DNA from: Cetorhinus maximus
Taxonomy: Eukaryota
NCBI RefSeq assembly: GCF_964194155.1
Contig: NW_027596592.1
Coordinates: 1-64,000 of the forward strand
Direction of reading: 5' to 3'
Length of the DNA: 64,000 nucleotides
Numbering within the stretch: position 1 is the first letter of the stretch; the number at the start of each line of letters is the position of its first letter. The notes beneath the pieces were generated by a model, which was not told where the DNA came from, searched no databases, and saw only the letters and a list, made by a program, of their open reading frames with translations. Both the position numbers and the translations under genes were made by a program. Below, piece by piece: positions 59,720-64,000 of this stretch.

Positions 59720-60470
59720 AGAACTAGGAGCAGGAGTAGGTTATTCAGCCCCTCGAGCCTGCCCCGCCATTCAATACGATCATGGCTGATCTCATTTCGG
59801 CCTCAACTCCAATTTCCCGCCCACTCCCCATAACCATTCAACCCGTTACTAATTAAAAATCTGTCTATGTCCTCCTTAAATTTATTCAGCGCCCCGGCAT
59901 CCACTGCACTCTGAGATAGTGAATTCCACAGATTCACGACTTTGAGAAAAATAATTCCTCCTCATCTCTGATTTAAATCTACCACCCCTTAGCTTAAAAC
60001 TATGGCCTCTTGTTCTAGAATGCTCCAGAAGAGGAAACATCCACTCCGCGTCTACTTTGTCTCTCCCCTTTAGCATCTTATATACCTCAATTAGATCTCC
60101 TCTCATCCTTCTAAACTCTAGCGAGTATAGGCCTAAACTGCTCAATCTCTCCTCATAAGACAAGCCCCGCATCTCTGGAATCAATCTCGTGAACCTCCTC
60201 TGAACTGCCTCCAATGCAACTACATCCTTCCTCAAGTAAGGGGACCAAAACTGTGTACAGTACTCCAGGTGCGGTCTCACCAATGCCTTGTACAGTTGCA
60301 GCAATAATTCCCTATTTTTATAGTCTATTCCCTTAGCAATAAATGCCAAAATTCCATTTGCCTTCCTTATTACCTGCTGTACCTGCATACTAGCTTTCAG
60401 CGATTCATGCACGAGGACACCCAGACCCCTCTGCACTGAAGCATTCTGAAGTTTCTCTCCATTTAAACAA
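59720..60470 (-). mobile_element. CR1 LINE 3' fragment
   Basis: LGVLVHESLK..LYKALVRPHLEYC..RMRGDLIE. Confidence 0.9.
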
Positions 60471-60737
60471 TAATAATAAATAATAATAATTCCCTGAAGG
60501 ACATTAGTGAGCAAGTTGGGTTTTTACGACAATCCAGCAGTTTTCATGGTCACTTTTCCCTGGTGCCGGCCCCACAAATTACCAGATTCATTCAGCTCAA
60601 TTTCACAACCTGCCTTTGTGTTTCTGCGGGTTCTCTCTCACTCCCTTTTTTCTGTTTTACATCGATTTCACAGGATATTAGAAGGGGAGGATTTGCAGCC
60701 CAATTTATCATAATGTGAATGTCACCGGATTTTGAAC

Positions 60738-61942
60738 ATGGAAGGAGAAAGCACTGTTCACAGTGGAGAGAAACCGTACACTTGTTCTGTTTGTGGTCGA
60801 GGCTTCAGCCAATTATCTGACCTATCAGAACATAAATGCAGTCACAACAGGGAGAAGCCGTGGAAATGTGGGGACTGTGGAAAAGGATTTAATTATCCGT
60901 CTGACCTGAAAACTCATCGGCGCTGTCACACTGGGGAGAGGCCATTCACCTGCTCCGAGTGTGGGAAGGGATTCACTCAGTCCTCCCACCTATTGATACA
61001 TCAACGTGTTCACACTGATGAGAGGCCATTCAGGTGCTCTCACTGTGGGATGCGTTTCAGGCGATCATCTGACCTCACTGTACACCAACGAGTTCACACT
61101 GGAGAGAGGCCGTTCATCTGCTCCAAGTGCGGGAAGGGATTCACTCGATCATCCAACTTGCTGATACACCAGCAAATTCACACTGGGGAGAGACCATTCA
61201 CCTGCTCCGAGTGTGGGAAGGGATTCAATCATTCATCTGACCTGCTGCAACACCAGCGCGTTCACACTGGAGAGAGGCCATTCACCTGCTCTGAGTGTGG
61301 GAAGGGGTTCACTTGTTCATCAGACCTGCTGACACACCAGCGAGTTCACACTGGGGAGAGACCATTCATTTGCTCCAAGTGTGGGACAGGATTTGCTCGC
61401 TCATCCACATTACTGAGGCACCAGCGAGTTCACACTGACGAGAGACCTTTTAAATGCCCAGTCTGTGGGAAGTGTTATAAAAGCTCCAAGGAACTGTTGT
61501 CTCATCAACGTGTTCACACGGATGAAAGACCATTCAGGTGCTCTCTCTGCGGGACTGGATTCAATCAATCATCTGACCTCACTGTACACCAGCGAATTCA
61601 CACTGGGGAGAGGCCATTCACCTGCACGGAGTGTGGGAAGGGATTCACTCAGTCATCCAATCTGCTCAGACACCAGCGAGTTCACACTGTGGAGCGACCG
61701 TTTAAATGCTCAGACGTGGGAAGTGTTATAAAGGTTCCCAGGAACTGATGTCCCATCAACGTGTTCACGCTGACGAGAGACCATTCAGGTGCTCTCAATG
61801 TGGGACTGGATTTAAGCGATCATCTCAACTCACTGTACACCAGCGAATTCACACTGGGGAGAGACCGTTCAGCTGCACAGACTGTGGGAAGGGATTCACT
61901 CAGTCTTCCGCTCTTCTGAGACACCAGCGAGTTCACAAGTAA
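60738..61942 (+). CDS. Poly-C2H2 zinc-finger gene E: 11 intact fingers, then a 1-bp deletion near 61715; 3 more fingers in the shifted frame
   Basis: ORFs 60732-61748 and 61706-61942 overlap; TCAGAC-GTGGG here versus paralogous CCAGACTGTGGG. Confidence 0.88.
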
Positions 61943-62019
61943 TTACCGTGATTGGATTTTACAGCTGGTCACATCCAGGACTGGGCCATGTTCTTTGGGG
62001 TCTGTTTTTGCTGATGTTC

Positions 62020-64000
62020 ACAGAATCACAGAATTTTAACAGCACAAAAGGAGGCCATCCGGCCTATCGTGTCTGCACCAGCTCTGCAAATGAGCATCAT
62101 GGCCTAGTGCCATTGCCCTGCCTTTTCCCTGTACCCTTACACATTGTTTTGATCCAAATAACCATCTAATGCCTTCTTGAATGCCTCACTTGAACCTGGC
62201 TCCACCGCACTTCCAGACAGAGCATTCCAGACCCGAACCACTCGTTGTGTGAAAAAGATTTTTCTCCTGTCCCACTTGCTTCTTTTATAAATCACTTTAA
62301 ATCTGTGCCCTCTCTTTCTTGATCTTTTTACGAGTGGGAACAGCTTCTCCCCATCTACCCTGTCCAGACCCTTCATGATTTTGAACATCTCTATCAAATC
62401 TTCTCTTAGCCTTCTTCTCTCCAAGGAGAACAGCCTTAACCTCTCCAATTTATCCCCATTGCTGAAGTTTCTCATCCCTGGGATTATTCTTGTAAACTCC
62501 TTCTGCACTCTCTCCAATATCTTCACATCCTTCCTATAATATGGTGCCCAGAACTGAACACAATTTTCCAACTGAGGTCTGGTGAGTGTCTTATATAAAT
62601 CCAGCATAACCTGCCTGCCCTTGTACTCTATGTCCCTATTAATAAAGCCCAGGGCACTATAAGCTTTACTAATTGCTCTCTCCACCTGTCCTGCCACCTT
62701 CAGTGATCTATACACATATACACCCAGGTCTTTCTGCTCCTATATCCCCATGTTCTTCCTACCAAAATGCATCACCTCAAATTTCTCCGCATTGAACTTC
62801 ATCTGCCATCTATCTGCCCACTCCACCAACTTGTCTGTCCTCTTGAAGTTCCACACCGTCCTCCTCGCAGTCCACAACACTCCCAACTTGCATATCGTCT
62901 GCAAACTTTGAAATTGTTCCCTGCACACCAAGGTCTAGATCGTTAATATATATCAGGAAAAGCAAGGGTCCCAATACCAGCCCCTGGGGAACCCCACTAC
63001 AAACCTTCCTACAGCCTGAAAAATATCCATTGACCATTACTCTCTGCTTCCTAGTTTTCAACCAATTTTGTATCCACATTGCTACTGTCCCTTTTATTCC
63101 ATGAGCAATAACTTTTCTCACAAGTCTGTTGTGTGACACTGTGTCAAATGCGTTTTGACAGTCCATATACACCACATCAACTGCATTACCCTCATTCACC
63201 TTTTCTGTTACCTCTTCGAGAAACTCCAGCAAGTTAGTTAAACTTTAGTAATCCATGTTGATTCTCCCTTATCAACACATATTTTCCTATGTGACTATTA
63301 ATTCTATCCCGAATAATTGTTTCTAGAATCTTGCCCACTACTGAAGTTAAACTGACTGGTCTGTAATTGCTGGGCTTATCCTTGGAACCTTTTTTTGAAC
63401 AAGGACATAATCTTTACAATTTTTCAGTTCTCTAGCACCACCCCTGAGTTTAAGGAAGACTGAAAGACTATGGCCAGTGCCCATGAAATTTCTACTCTCA
63501 CTTCTTTCAATATCCTTGGATGCATCTCATTTGGTCCCAGTACCTTGTCAAGTTTAAGTACCGATAGTCTATTCAACACTTCCTCCTTATCAACTTTGAA
63601 CCCTTCAGAGTCTGTCACCATGGCCTGGGTAGCATCTACCTCCTTGGTAAAGACGGATGCAAAGTATTCATTTAATACCTCAGCCATGACCCCTTTGTCC
63701 ATGCGTAAATTCCCTTTTCAGTCCCCAATCAGCCATACTCCTCTTTTTACCAACCTTTTACTATTTATATGCCTGTAGAAGACTTTGGGATTCCCCTTTA
63801 TGTTGGCTGCCAGTCTCTTCTCATAATCCCTCTTCGCTTCTCTCATGTGCTTTTTCACCTCCCCTCTGAACCTTTTGCATTCGACTTGGTTCTCAATTGT
63901 ATTTTCTACCTGTCACCTGTCATAAGTGCACTTTTTCTTTTTATCTTAATTTCAATCTCCTTTTTCATCCAGAGAGCTCTGGATTTGTCAGCCCCACCTT
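62020..64000 (-). mobile_element. CR1 LINE, RT region to 3' tail, running off the window end
   Basis: LNEYFASVFT, GPNEMHPRILKE, SGVPQGLVLGPLLFLIYINDL, KFADD. Confidence 0.9.

Overview
Eukaryotic, repeat-rich genomic DNA, almost certainly from a shark or other cartilaginous fish. It has three main parts. (1) 1-13.7 kb is the 3' part of one IgM heavy-chain cluster on the + strand: a long J-C intron with a 1.6 kb G-rich 24-bp minisatellite, Cmu1-Cmu4 with secretory tail, then TM1 and TM2. No V/D/J segment is visible, and no further C gene follows. (2) 21-62 kb is a cluster of five KRAB-less poly-C2H2 zinc-finger genes with paralogous CpG-rich NRF1/YY1-motif promoters, four of them arranged as divergent pairs. 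(3) 24.1-33.4 kb holds two tandem Tx1-clade (Keno-like) LINEs on the - strand. Each starts with the first ~35 nt of U2 snRNA, yet both sit in a non-U2 target whose 9-10 bp sequence occurs three times. One copy is intact; the other has an in-frame deletion of the RT domain. The remainder is CR1/L2 LINE fragments, tRNA-derived SINEs, a Penelope-like element with hammerhead-ribozyme motifs, a decayed retroviral-type pol, tRNA pseudogenes and simple repeats. All identifications come from reading the sequence and recalled family motifs; no database searches were run, and repeat boundaries are approximate.
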